DNA of 64,000 nt from an uncultured Nitrososphaerota archaeon (GCA_963701075.1 OY969559.1:608001-672000), one strand, 5' to 3'. Positions 32,032 through 41,981 are shown, counted from the first letter of the stretch. A program made the numbers and translations. The notes: generated by a model not told the origin, from the sequence alone.

Positions 32032-33123
32032 TTAATTTATTGATACTTCTTTGATTATATCGCAGACTCTCTCTTGATCTTCTATGGTCAAGTTCTTGTG
32101 TAATGGAAGTGTAAGGGCATTTTTGAAAAGCAATTCAGAATTTTCCAATGAACCAACAGATCTCAAATTCTTGTAGGCCGGTTCTAAGTGTAACGCATAT
32201 GTTCCTATCTGACTTTGTATGTTGTTATCGCTAAGAGCTTTTCTTATTTTATCTCGATAATTCTGTTTTTTCACATAACAAGTATATGATTGAAAGGTTT
32301 GTCTAGTACCTTTTCCTGTATATGCTGGAATTATTCCGTTTATCTTTGTTAGCAATTCCTGATAGATTTTTGCTTTTGCAATTCTATCTTTAACGATGTC
32401 TTCAATTTTTTTCATTTGTATTAAACCTATGGCACTGAGAATATTTGATAATTTGTAATTAGTTCCAATAGATTCAAAAACAGAACCTTTCATGCCAAAG
32501 TGTTTGAAGGAATAACATTTTTCAGCAATCGCGTCATCATCTGTAGTTATCATGCCACCTTCTCCAGTTGTAATCACCTTTCTAGGATGAAAACTAAAAC
32601 ATGAATAATCAGCTAACTTTCCTACAAACTCAGAACCTATCTTTGCACCAAGGCTACATGCTGCGTCCTCAAGACATTTCAATCCTATCTCTTTGGATTT
32701 TTTATAAATTTCTGGTTCTAAAGGTACTCCTGCCCAAGAAACGGGGATAAAAACATTCATCGATTCATCATATGCTTCTTCTAAGATCTCTCTTGTCATG
32801 TTCATGTTTTCCAAGTCGACATCTACCAGAACAGGTTTTCCACCAGCCAATATGACAGCCTCTGCAGTTGCAGGATAGGTGTAATCAGGAATGATGACCT
32901 CTTGACCTCTTATATCTAAACACTCCAAAACCGTATGTAATGCAGTAGTGCATGATGTTACTGCTATGGCATGCTTAACTCCTACATACTCTGCAACAGC
33001 TTTTTCAAAATTTTGTGTGAAAATCCCCTCTGTAAGAAATCCTGTGGAGAAAACTTCTTTTATTGTATTTAGTTCGTCATTACCTACATCTGGTACCATC
33101 AATGGTATGACTTTTTTTTCCAA
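32032..33123 (-). CDS. DegT/DnrJ/EryC1/StrS-family sugar aminotransferase
   Basis: TSCTTALH, EDAACSLG, FSFHPRKVITTGEGGM, GTNYKLS. Confidence 0.94.
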   Translation of the reverse strand: MEKKVIPLMVPDVGNDELNTIKEVFSTGFLTEGIFTQNFEKAVAEYVGVKHAIAVTSCTTALHTVLECLDIRGQEVIIPDYTYPATAEAVILAGGKPVLVDVDLENMNMTREILEEAYDESMNVFIPVSWAGVPLEPEIYKKSKEIGLKCLEDAACSLGAKIGSEFVGKLADYSCFSFHPRKVITTGEGGMITTDDDAIAEKCYSFKHFGMKGSVFESIGTNYKLSNILSAIGLIQMKKIEDIVKDRIAKAKIYQELLTKINGIIPAYTGKGTRQTFQSYTCYVKKQNYRDKIRKALSDNNIQSQIGTYALHLEPAYKNLRSVGSLENSELLFKNALTLPLHKNLTIEDQERVCDIIKEVSIN

Positions 33124-33201
33124 TAAATGCGTAGATTCATGTGGGTTTATTAAACATATGAAAAAGTAAGATTTTTTATAGCTAGCGTAAAACTCTCAAT
33201 A

Positions 33202-34084
33202 ATGCGAGTTCTTATTCTTGGGTCTGAAGGTTTTGTGGGTCACAACTTAGTACAAGGTCTTAAAAACTTACATCACGTTTCAACTGCTGATCAGCTGGAA
33301 CAGGGACATGAAAAAAATTATTCTAAATTAAATATAATAGATTATGAAAACGTTGAAAGAATTGTAAAAGACGTCGACGTTGTGATCAATCTAGTCGCTC
33401 ATACGTTAGTTTCTTCTTTAAGTGATTTTACACAGAATGCTCAAGTCAACATTATTGGCTTGTTAAATGTATTAGAGGCATGCAGAAAAAACAACATCAA
33501 GAAAATAATATTCACTTCTGCTTCATCAATTGTTGGAGAACCACTAGAATTCAAAGTTTCAGAAAAACACTCTGTTACTCCAAAAACAGACTTACGGAAT
33601 CACAAAAATGGCATCGGAGCATTACTTGAGACTCTATAATGAGATGTATGGTATGGATTATGTTGTCTTTAGATTCTTTAACATCTATGGACCTTATCAG
33701 AAAAATGGCCTAATACCATCATTATATTCAAGGATTATGACAGAGCAGCCAGTTACTATATTTGGTCACGGAGATCAAATACGTGATTATGTGTACATTG
33801 AAGACATAATTCCATTCTTTGAAAAAGCCATATCTACTAAAATATCTAATAATTTGATCCTAAATATGGGTGGGGGTAATGGAAGTACTATCATAGAAGT
33901 TCTCAACCATATCTCGAAAATTCTAAGTATAAAACCAAAAATAGATTTTAAGCCAGCTAGACCGGGAGAGATTGGCAACTTTGTTGCTGATACCACCTTA
34001 CTAAATTCCATCTTCGGTATGGTTCCTAACACGCCTATTGAAGAAGGTTTGAAGAAAACCGTAACGTGGCTAAAAAATAATTAA
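33202..34084 (+). CDS. NAD-dependent sugar epimerase/dehydratase; apparent +1 frameshift at 33588-33592
   Basis: GSEGFVG, FRFFNIYGP, GDQIRDYVY; repair restores YxxxK motif PKTAYGITKM. Confidence 0.9.
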
Positions 34085-34159
34085 TTATCATAAATCTATC
34101 TAATAATTCATCCAAATCACTAAATTAAATTAGAAGTATATGGGCATCAAAATTGTTAC

Positions 34160-35503
34160 TTGTCTAGAAATCATAATTTAAAATCATTAATACTGAATCG
34201 CAAAGTTCTAGCAATTTATGGTTTAGGTAATGTGGGTGGACCGATAGCAGCAGCATGGCTTCGAAAAGGAGTTAAAGTAATAGGTGTAGATATTTCTCAA
34301 GAATTACTTTCACAAATAAAATCAGGGGTTTCACACAAAAAAGAGCCATTGGTTTCTGAAACTTTCACTAAATCTTTACGTGATGGTAATCTATCATTAA
34401 CCATAAACGGTACTAAAGCCTCCCAGAATTCAGATATCAAAATTGCTGCCGTTCCAGTAGGCCTAAGGCATAACGGAATAGATCTCAGGGCATTAACGTC
34501 CGTAGCTAAGAATATTGGTTCTGGATTGAAAAAAGGCGATGCTGTTGTGATATCTCCATCCTTACCTCCTGGAACATGTGAAAAATTAATCCTACCTATT
34601 TTAGAAAAACATAGTAAACTTAAAGGAGAACGAGATTTTTACTTCATTTATAATCCTGAAAGAATCTTCGAGGGAAGAGCTCTGCAGGATATAGAAGAAA
34701 ATTATCCTGCAATAATCTCTGGTCTTGGACAAAAAAGTTTATCTTTTGCTAAAGAAATGTTAGAAATAATTTCAAAAAAAGGTGTAATTAGTATGTCTTC
34801 TCTTGCTAACGCAGAAGCCGAAAAATTATTTGAAGGAGTTTATAGAGATGTTAACATAGCACTTGCAAATGAACTTGCAGATTTTTGTGAAAAAGTAGGG
34901 GTTAATTACTGGGAAGCAAGAAAAGGTGCAAACTCACAACCGTTTTGTCATTTGCATTATCCGGGAACTGGTGTTGGAGGTTTGTGCATACCGGTATATC
35001 CAAGATTTGTAATCAATGCAGCTAAGAATATAGGAACACATTTGAAAATGGTTGAATTTGCCAGAAAAACCAATGATTCTATGCCAAAAAAATGTGTTAA
35101 TGATGCACTTGCTTTATTTAGAAAACATCGAATAGATCCAAAAGGAAAAAAGATCGCTGTTTTAGGTCTAGGGTTTCGTGGCGAAGTTACAGATACCCGA
35201 CTTTCTCCCACATATGATGTTGTCAACGAATTCATTGCAAAGGGCTGTGTAGTAGCAATACATGATCCATACATATTTGAAGATACGAATTTACCTGCAT
35301 CAATAAGACTTAGTTCTGATTTAAAGGAAGTAACTAAGAACGCATCTCTTGTTTTTATATCGTCAGACCATAAATCATACTCTAAATTGAATTCAAAATC
35401 ATTTTCAAACACCAAAAAACCACTTTTAGTTTTTGATGGTAGGCATATACTGGATAGAAATAATTTTAAAAATTCATCAATCCTGACAATTGGTTTACGT
35501 TAG
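34160..35503 (+). CDS. UDP-HexNAc 6-dehydrogenase (WecC/WbpA family)
   Basis: GLGNVG, NPERI, AEAEKLFEGVYRDVNIALANE, PGTGVGGLCIP. Confidence 0.93.
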   Translation: MSRNHNLKSLILNRKVLAIYGLGNVGGPIAAAWLRKGVKVIGVDISQELLSQIKSGVSHKKEPLVSETFTKSLRDGNLSLTINGTKASQNSDIKIAAVPVGLRHNGIDLRALTSVAKNIGSGLKKGDAVVISPSLPPGTCEKLILPILEKHSKLKGERDFYFIYNPERIFEGRALQDIEENYPAIISGLGQKSLSFAKEMLEIISKKGVISMSSLANAEAEKLFEGVYRDVNIALANELADFCEKVGVNYWEARKGANSQPFCHLHYPGTGVGGLCIPVYPRFVINAAKNIGTHLKMVEFARKTNDSMPKKCVNDALALFRKHRIDPKGKKIAVLGLGFRGEVTDTRLSPTYDVVNEFIAKGCVVAIHDPYIFEDTNLPASIRLSSDLKEVTKNASLVFISSDHKSYSKLNSKSFSNTKKPLLVFDGRHILDRNNFKNSSILTIGLR

Positions 35504-35676
35504 TTCGCTTACAGATCTCTTCATCCATTTTCACTACAATGATAATAGTATAGTATGCTACGAATAGATCTATTTGCAGTTTACGTTAGGCCAAATTTAG
35601 AAAGGTTAGAGAGAGCATGTTTGAACGTAACATATCATTTGAATCATATATAATATAGTATTATGAAATTCGACGT

Positions 35677-36732
35677 ATGGACACTAGAATTCATTCCAGT
35701 CTTAGAACCGTAGAATGGAAAGATAACATGGTTGTAATGATTGATCAAACTAGGCTACCAAATGAATTGGTCTACGTAAAATATACAGATTACAAAGATG
35801 TTGCTGATGCCATAAGAAATCTCATAGTGCGAGGCGCTCCGGCCATTGGAGTTTCAGGTGCTTTTGGGCTGGCTTTGGCTGCATTGCAAAGTAAGGCAAC
35901 AGACAAAGACGGTCTTATCAAAGATCTAGAACAAGCAAAAAAAATTCTTTTCGAAACAAGACCCACTGCAATTAACTTGTCATGGGGACTAGAAAGAATA
36001 ATGGGTGTTGCAAGATCAGGAAGTAATGCCGACGAAATCAGAAATAATATTATCGAAGAAGCGAAAAAAATGGCAGAAGAAGATATTGAAACAAATATGC
36101 GTATGGGAAAACACGGTTCACTGTTATTTCATGACAATGATACTATAATGACTCACTGTAATGCTGGTGCTCTAGCTACAGTTGCATATGGAACAGCACT
36201 TGGAGTGATAAGAGCCACAAAAGAAAGTGGAAAGAAGATCAAAGTGATTGCAACAGAAACTAGACCTGTAATGCAAGGCTCAAGACTTACCGCATTTGAG
36301 CTAAAGCATGATGGAATAGATGTCAGCTTGATTCCTGATACCGCAGTAGGTTATTCAATGGCAAATGGTCTTGTCTCAAAAGTAATTGTAGGAGCTGATC
36401 GAGTACTACGTACTGGGCATGTATACAATAAGATTGGGACATATCAAGTAGCCTTGATGGCAAAGCAACACCACATACCGTTCTATGTTGCAGCACCTCT
36501 TTCCACATTTGATATGAAAAGTGCTCCAAGTGATGTGGTCATAGAACAACGAAAAGCAAGCGAGGTCACTGGAATAGCAGGCAAAAAGACCGCACCTGAC
36601 GACATTAATGTAATAAATCCCGCCTTTGACATGACGCCGCCAGAACTCATAACCGGAATAATAACCGAAGCCGGTGTAGCAAAACCTCCTTTTGAAGAGT
36701 CAATCAAAAAATTGTTTGAATCAAAGCTGTAA
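35677..36732 (+). CDS. mtnA: S-methyl-5-thioribose-1-phosphate isomerase
   Basis: VRGAPAIG, TRPTAINL, THCNAGALAT, ETRPVMQGSRLT, NKIGTY, NPAFDMTP. Confidence 0.96.
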   Translation: MDTRIHSSLRTVEWKDNMVVMIDQTRLPNELVYVKYTDYKDVADAIRNLIVRGAPAIGVSGAFGLALAALQSKATDKDGLIKDLEQAKKILFETRPTAINLSWGLERIMGVARSGSNADEIRNNIIEEAKKMAEEDIETNMRMGKHGSLLFHDNDTIMTHCNAGALATVAYGTALGVIRATKESGKKIKVIATETRPVMQGSRLTAFELKHDGIDVSLIPDTAVGYSMANGLVSKVIVGADRVLRTGHVYNKIGTYQVALMAKQHHIPFYVAAPLSTFDMKSAPSDVVIEQRKASEVTGIAGKKTAPDDINVINPAFDMTPPELITGIITEAGVAKPPFEESIKKLFESKL

Positions 36733-36765
36733 GGTATTTATTTCAAGGCTTATTCATGTCATTTC

Positions 36766-37395
36766 ATGATATCTGTTACTGCCCAACAAGTCCTAGAATC
36801 ATTAAAACAATGTATGGATCCAGAAATTCCAATCAATGTCGTGGACATGGGACTCATTTATGGAGTAAATGTATCTGATGACAACAAAGTAGATGTCAAA
36901 ATGACAATGACTACACGTGGTTGCCCCTTGCATGATACGCTTGTAAATGATGTAAAAAGATACGTAAACAAAGTTTCAGGAGTATCTTCTGTTAATGTAG
37001 AAATAGTCTGGGATCCACCTTGGACGCCAGAGAAAATGTCAGAGGAGGGCAAGAAACTGATCAATTATGGCAAACAGAAGACAATAACTCCAATAAACTA
37101 TGAAACAGCCATGCCACAAGGAATAGGGTCAATTGTAAAGCAAGAAGATGGCTCATTACTCTTAATGGACGAGAACCAACAAGGATTCATGGTTAATCAG
37201 GCAATAGTTGAATTCTGGCAAATGTGTAACGGTAAAAGGAAAATAACAGAGTTGGTAGACATGTTTTCTGAAAAAATTGGTTTACAAAGAAATCAAGTAG
37301 AAAAAGAGGTACTCCAACTAGTGCAACAACTACGAGACGGTGGCTTGTTAATAATACCAGAACCTGAAGTCTCAAACGTTCAATTCAGAAAGTAG
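36766..37395 (+). CDS. DUF59/MIP18 Fe-S maturation domain fused to a PqqD-like domain
   Basis: DPEIPINVVDMGLIY, TMTTRGCP, VWDPPWT; C-terminal NQAIVEFWQMCNGKRKITEL...QLRDGGLL. Confidence 0.85.
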   Translation: MISVTAQQVLESLKQCMDPEIPINVVDMGLIYGVNVSDDNKVDVKMTMTTRGCPLHDTLVNDVKRYVNKVSGVSSVNVEIVWDPPWTPEKMSEEGKKLINYGKQKTITPINYETAMPQGIGSIVKQEDGSLLLMDENQQGFMVNQAIVEFWQMCNGKRKITELVDMFSEKIGLQRNQVEKEVLQLVQQLRDGGLLIIPEPEVSNVQFRK

Positions 37396-37398
37396 ATA

Positions 37399-37638
37399 TT
37401 AAATTTCTTTAATCTCTGTTATTGTACCTTGGACAGAATCCATCTTTACAATAGCTCTTTTTTCGCCAAATCCTAACGCAACATACCAATCTCCACCATC
37501 ATCGTCATATTTGGTTTCAAGAGTTTTTACAGAATCTGCATTTACACCATATTTTTGAATTATTCCAGATATTGCTAACGGTATTGCCTCTTTCTCAGTA
37601 GGTAGTCTTCTTTTCATCAAGCCAATTCCGGGACTCAT
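37399..37638 (-). CDS. Small hypothetical protein (PepSY-like fold possible)
   Basis: 79 aa from ATG 37638; WYVAL...VKMDSVQGTI pattern. Confidence 0.6.
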   Translation of the reverse strand: MSPGIGLMKRRLPTEKEAIPLAISGIIQKYGVNADSVKTLETKYDDDGGDWYVALGFGEKRAIVKMDSVQGTITEIKEI

Positions 37639-38391
37639 GAGTTGACTAGATTGTAGAAGTATAATAATTGTTAGTCTCATAGAAATCCTATTTTCAATAA
37701 CAGGCCAAGAATTTTGCAAGATCTATGAAGAGTTTAGCTTGTCTGTCTAATACAAGCCCCAAAGTCATTGAAAACACATAATCTGGTATTTATGAGAATA
37801 AAAGATGTTACTCCAACCAAAAACCAAAAGCTAAAGGTTAGCAAACAAAATTCTATATACCACAATTAAAGGTATTTTTCAACATGTACCCATCAAACAG
37901 GTTCCGTGTGTTATCTCTATCAAGAGTGAGAAAGATCACACAAATGTCCGCTTTTCTAGCTACATGCGGTACAATAATAGTACTACTAGGTGGAATCTGG
38001 GATTCAGCATCACATGAACTCAAAATTCCAGAGACATTCTGGACGGTTCAACACGCAACCATCTATTCTGGTGCATCCTTGATAGCTTGTTCTGCTATTG
38101 CAGCAATGCTAGTTTTGAATCATTGTGAAGATAAATTCATGAAAAAAGGGATAATAATGATCTTATTGGGTGCTATGTTACAAGTAATAGGTGGTTATGC
38201 TGATTACAATTTTCATGAAATTTATGGAATAGATGGCCTTGTCACCCCATCGCATCTTACCGTGGAAACTGGCTTGTTGCTTAGTGCAATTGGAGGTTTC
38301 ATTACACTATCCAAGTCTAGGAATCATATTCTTCTAAAAATATCTTCAATATCAATAATGGCAATACTCTTGTCAGCAGCATGGATAGGAT

Positions 38392-39476
38392 TAGGAGTTA
38401 CGCAGTTGAGCCCAAATGACAGAACGGACGGGATAGATAGTTCCGTATCGCATACCGGATTATGGCACTCTTTGCCTCATACCAGCTCGTCCCTGTCTCT
38501 ATCCGGTATGCCTCAAGACGCAGAAAAGCCCTGACAGACAAGAGTATGTGACTGATTATCGATCTTGCCTTTCTGACATGCGACCTTTCAATACCACAGC
38601 ACTGCTTGATTCCACGGTGATACACCTCTACTGACCATCCATGTTTTTCAAGCTCCTCCCTTCTTACCGCATTCATTGACAGATTGTTTGTTGCCCAGTA
38701 CTCAGCGTCTCCGTTTTTGGAAACTGTCCTGAATACCTTTATGGTTCCGTACTCTTTGAGGTAGACTGTTCTTCCATGCTTTGGTATTTCCATGCTACTC
38801 ACTGACACGTTCTTACCATCTTTCAGACTGACAGTCCTGTTGCTTTTCAGCCTTGTCAGAAAATACCATCCAAGCTTTGCGACAAGATGGAGGTTTCCAA
38901 TGCTGCAGTACCAACTGTCAAAGAGCACATACAGCGGATTCATGCCTCTCTGCCTGGCCTTTACCAGCATCTCCTGGAAGCGGTCGTTCTTTGTAAGACC
39001 TGTGACAGGTGCGTCGTAGATCCTGCAATCACACGGTACGCGCTTTTTTCCATCTGTCCACAGAAGCGTGATGAGGTTTATTCCCTTGACCACACATCTG
39101 TGCTTGCCACTCCAGTGCCATGTTACAAGGTCCATCTTTGAGGCATACGGCTTGTCAAGAGTGGTATCGTCGACTACAATAACACCCCCGCTTCCTATCA
39201 TTGCCTTTGCTTCCTTCCAAACCGTCTCAGTGTCTTGAGTCTGTCGTTGTAGAAGGCGCGTAAAGGAGTCATGGGATGGGATTTTGTACAGCTCCACGGG
39301 CTGGCATCTTGCAGCCTCTGTACATGTAAAGGTCTTCTGGGATGCTATGAGGAACTGTATGTAGTCTAGTACATCACATCTTGATTGGTTCATTGCAAAG
39401 AGGGGATCGTCTTGGATCTAAGATTTATGGAATGAATCCTTAGGCTATCTTGTGAAGGTCAACTGCGTAACTCCTA
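38392..39476 (-). mobile_element. Complete 1085-bp insertion sequence, IS701/ISH3-type
   Basis: 18-bp perfect TIRs TAGGAGTTACGCAGTTGA (38392-38409, 39459-39476); target duplication AGGAT (38387-38391, 39477-39481); visibly higher GC than flanks. A 19-bp TIR with 3-bp GGA duplication is an equivalent parse. Confidence 0.95.
38398..39393 (-). CDS. DDE transposase, IS701-like
   Basis: SHDSFTRLL, VVDDTTLDKPY, VLFDSWY, RLKSNR, WSVEVYHRGIKQCCG; stop codon inside the TIR. Confidence 0.93.
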   Translation of the reverse strand: MNQSRCDVLDYIQFLIASQKTFTCTEAARCQPVELYKIPSHDSFTRLLQRQTQDTETVWKEAKAMIGSGGVIVVDDTTLDKPYASKMDLVTWHWSGKHRCVVKGINLITLLWTDGKKRVPCDCRIYDAPVTGLTKNDRFQEMLVKARQRGMNPLYVLFDSWYCSIGNLHLVAKLGWYFLTRLKSNRTVSLKDGKNVSVSSMEIPKHGRTVYLKEYGTIKVFRTVSKNGDAEYWATNNLSMNAVRREELEKHGWSVEVYHRGIKQCCGIERSHVRKARSIISHILLSVRAFLRLEAYRIETGTSWYEAKSAIIRYAIRNYLSRPFCHLGSTA

Positions 39477-39539
39477 AGGATTTAACCTAATTCTGTTATT
39501 TAGCGCTGTTATACTATGCGTCCCAGTGTTTCAATTATT

Positions 39540-40022
39540 TTATTCAGGCTGTGCAGTTATGTAGCTTCTTAATCTTCTGTATCCTACAAACATCAACAAA
39601 CAGGCTCCAACGAAAATCATCAAAGATGGGATAGGAAATTCTTGGTATTTAGTATCGCCAAATTCAACTGTTAATTGTACCGGATTCGAAGAAAGATTCG
39701 TCAATTCAAGAGTAAATTCACCCGTATGCTCAAAGACAAAGTAATTGACCGTTTCTTTGTTGGTTATGGTTTTCAGATCGAGATAATTACCATTTGAATC
39801 CAGTATCTTTACAAGAATAGAATTATTGTATTGATTGGAAGATATCTCATAGAAACCTATTCCATCTCCATAAAGTAAAAGTGGCATACTAACTGAATCC
39901 GCCTTGTCTATGTTGAAATTTTTCGAGTCCTTTACAGTAGATGAGAAAACTATACCTATCCAAACTGAACCAATTGCTACAGCAATCAAAGCCATCCTGA
40001 ATATGGTTAATCCTTTATACAC
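39540..40022 (-). CDS. Hypothetical membrane-anchored protein
   Basis: N- and C-terminal hydrophobic helices around a beta-rich domain. Confidence 0.7.
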   Translation of the reverse strand: MYKGLTIFRMALIAVAIGSVWIGIVFSSTVKDSKNFNIDKADSVSMPLLLYGDGIGFYEISSNQYNNSILVKILDSNGNYLDLKTITNKETVNYFVFEHTGEFTLELTNLSSNPVQLTVEFGDTKYQEFPIPSLMIFVGACLLMFVGYRRLRSYITAQPE

Positions 40023-40059
40023 AATTACTGCCAGTATGCAACATTATCTATCTATTTCC

Positions 40060-40134
40060 AGGGCCCGGAGGGATTCGAACCCTCGACCTGGTGGTCCGAA
40101 GCCACCCGCACTATCCTGGCTATGCAACGGGTCC
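40060..40134 (-). tRNA. tRNA-Arg(TCG)
   Basis: Anticodon arm GGTGG-CTTCGGA-CCACC, GGTTCGAATCC T arm; A3-C70 mismatch in acceptor stem. Confidence 0.92.
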
Positions 40135-40177
40135 AATCAATTAAGAATTTAACGGGGCTAAATATCTGTCTAGGTAA

Positions 40178-41350
40178 TTGAAAATATCACAAAGAGTAGC
40201 AGGTATTGAGTATGCCATTAGAGATATTGCACTTGAAGCACGAAAGCTGCAAAAACAGGGTAAACAGATTACATATCTTAACATTGGAGATCCACTGCAG
40301 CATGGTTTTCAGCCACCAGAAAACGTCAAGGAAGCGCTGATAAAGGCAGTAAAAGATGGGCAAAATTATTATGCTGTTTCAGAAGGATTACCAGAATTAC
40401 GTGAAGAGATAGCAAAAAAAGAGAGAAAAAAAGGTCTTGGAGTTTCTGAAGATGACATTCTTGTAACAAATGGTGTTTCAGAAGGTCTTGAAATGATTAC
40501 TGCATCAATAGTAGAATCAGGGGACGAAGTCCTCATACCAGGACCATATTATCCTCCATATGCTTCCTATGTGAGATTATTTGGGGGAAAACCAATTGAA
40601 TTTGCTGTTGATTTACACAACTCCACGCCAGACTTGGATGATATCCGAAAAAAAATTTCCTCAAAGACAGTTGCCATATGTCTGATAAGCCCAAACAATC
40701 CTACAGGCGCAGTATTCAGCGAAAAATCACTAAAAGATTTGATTGATATTGCTAACGAACACAATCTCTACATCATATGTGATGAGATATACGATCAGAT
40801 AGTATTTGATGAAAATTTTGTTGGAATAGGAAAAGTTAGTGGCGATTCTCCGGTAATACTACTGAATGGATTTTCTAAAGTTCATCTCATGTCAGGCTGG
40901 AGGGCTGGTTACATTGCTTTTAATCAATCAAAAAAATTAGAATCTCTGCGAGAGAACGTACCTAAACTTGCTCGAGTCAGAATTGCTACAAACTTGCCTG
41001 TTCAATACGCTGCTTTAGAATCTCTCAAAGGGCCACAAAACTATATCCAAAAATTTGTCTTAGAACTGAAAAAAAGAAGAGATTATACAATTAAGAGATT
41101 GAACGGAATGAATAATCTTAGCTGTTCAAATCCAAAAGGTGCCTTCTATGTATTCCCAAAGATTGAGAATAACAAGTATGGCTCAGATAAGGAATTTGTT
41201 CTAGATCTTCTTAAATCAAAAGGAGTTCTTACAGTACATGGTTCAGGCTTTGGGACTCAATATGGCAGTGGACATTTTAGGATGGTATTTCTTCCAGAGA
41301 TTCCTGTTCTAGAGCAAGCGCTTGACAAAATAGAAGAATTTGTTGGTTAA
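40178..41350 (+). CDS. Class I/II PLP aminotransferase (AlaA-like)
   Basis: LNIGDP, SPNNPTG, CDEIYD, NGFSKVHLMSGWRAG, GAFYVFP. Confidence 0.93.
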   Translation: MKISQRVAGIEYAIRDIALEARKLQKQGKQITYLNIGDPLQHGFQPPENVKEALIKAVKDGQNYYAVSEGLPELREEIAKKERKKGLGVSEDDILVTNGVSEGLEMITASIVESGDEVLIPGPYYPPYASYVRLFGGKPIEFAVDLHNSTPDLDDIRKKISSKTVAICLISPNNPTGAVFSEKSLKDLIDIANEHNLYIICDEIYDQIVFDENFVGIGKVSGDSPVILLNGFSKVHLMSGWRAGYIAFNQSKKLESLRENVPKLARVRIATNLPVQYAALESLKGPQNYIQKFVLELKKRRDYTIKRLNGMNNLSCSNPKGAFYVFPKIENNKYGSDKEFVLDLLKSKGVLTVHGSGFGTQYGSGHFRMVFLPEIPVLEQALDKIEEFVG

Positions 41351-41745
41351 AATTTCCAAGTCACAATCTTTTTTGGCATTATTTCTATAATGCAATCAGT
41401 ATCTTTCAAGAGCTTCTGGGCAGATTTGTTTTTCAAGCTTTTGAAATATCTCAAGAGAATTTTTTTGGCAATTGTCTTTACATAACTATCTTCTAAAATC
41501 AACCTTGCTTTTCCTATTCCCATTGCCCCAAAAATCTCAGGAGAATTGATTCCCATATCTATACAGAATGAAACTTTTGGATTTTGTTTTACATTTTTTG
41601 CCTTTATTGTTCTGGTATTAGTGCCAATGTAGAACTTATCGTTTTCATAATTATACCAAACAGGAACTATGTGTGGATTACCTCTTGCATCTATTGTAGC
41701 AATTCTCAAAATTTTCTGCGTTCTTATGAAATTCTTAGCCTTCAT
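41347..41745 (-). CDS. Pyridoxamine 5'-phosphate oxidase-like (split beta-barrel, possibly F420-binding) protein
   Basis: IATIDARGNPHIVPVWY, KAKNVKQNPKVS. Confidence 0.85.
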   Translation of the reverse strand: MKAKNFIRTQKILRIATIDARGNPHIVPVWYNYENDKFYIGTNTRTIKAKNVKQNPKVSFCIDMGINSPEIFGAMGIGKARLILEDSYVKTIAKKILLRYFKSLKNKSAQKLLKDTDCIIEIMPKKIVTWKF

Positions 41746-41959
41746 AATTTTCGCCTCTAAGACCTAGAATGATCAAAAATCCCCCAATTCCAAACACCGC
41801 TATGCACACTTTCTCACTTGTTAGATCCGGGGAAGTGAAAAAATCCGATACAAAGTCAGGACCCCAGATCAGTAAATCTCTGATAATGGGAATTACTGCA
41901 ACAACTATGAATAAAATACCCATAGCAGTAAACCAATTTTTCTTTGGACTATCTCCCAT
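41735..41959 (-). CDS. Small two-helix membrane protein
   Basis: 74 aa with two hydrophobic segments, co-oriented between npdG and the PPOX-like gene. Confidence 0.7.
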   Translation of the reverse strand: MGDSPKKNWFTAMGILFIVVAVIPIIRDLLIWGPDFVSDFFTSPDLTSEKVCIAVFGIGGFLIILGLRGENYEG

Positions 41960-41981
41960 CTTTTATTTCTGTAAATACTGA

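Larger units (their letters stand above)
37884..39564 (+). pseudogene. Membrane protein with two D-x3-H-x12-H motifs, interrupted by IS
   Basis: Removing the IS plus one duplicated target copy gives a 591-nt frame (196 aa) ending AWIGFNLILLFSAVILCVPVFQLFYSGCAVM*. Confidence 0.9.

Noticed and set aside
35518-35574. Partial resemblance (TACGAATAGA) to the 49-bp repeat plus palindrome AATAGATCTATT at the end of the glycan cluster
   Set aside because: Only about 10 matching bases in AT-rich DNA; too weak to call a third copy without alignment statistics
37695-37780. 25-28-codon minus-strand ORF upstream of the PepSY-like gene
   Set aside because: Too short, no motif or clear promoter
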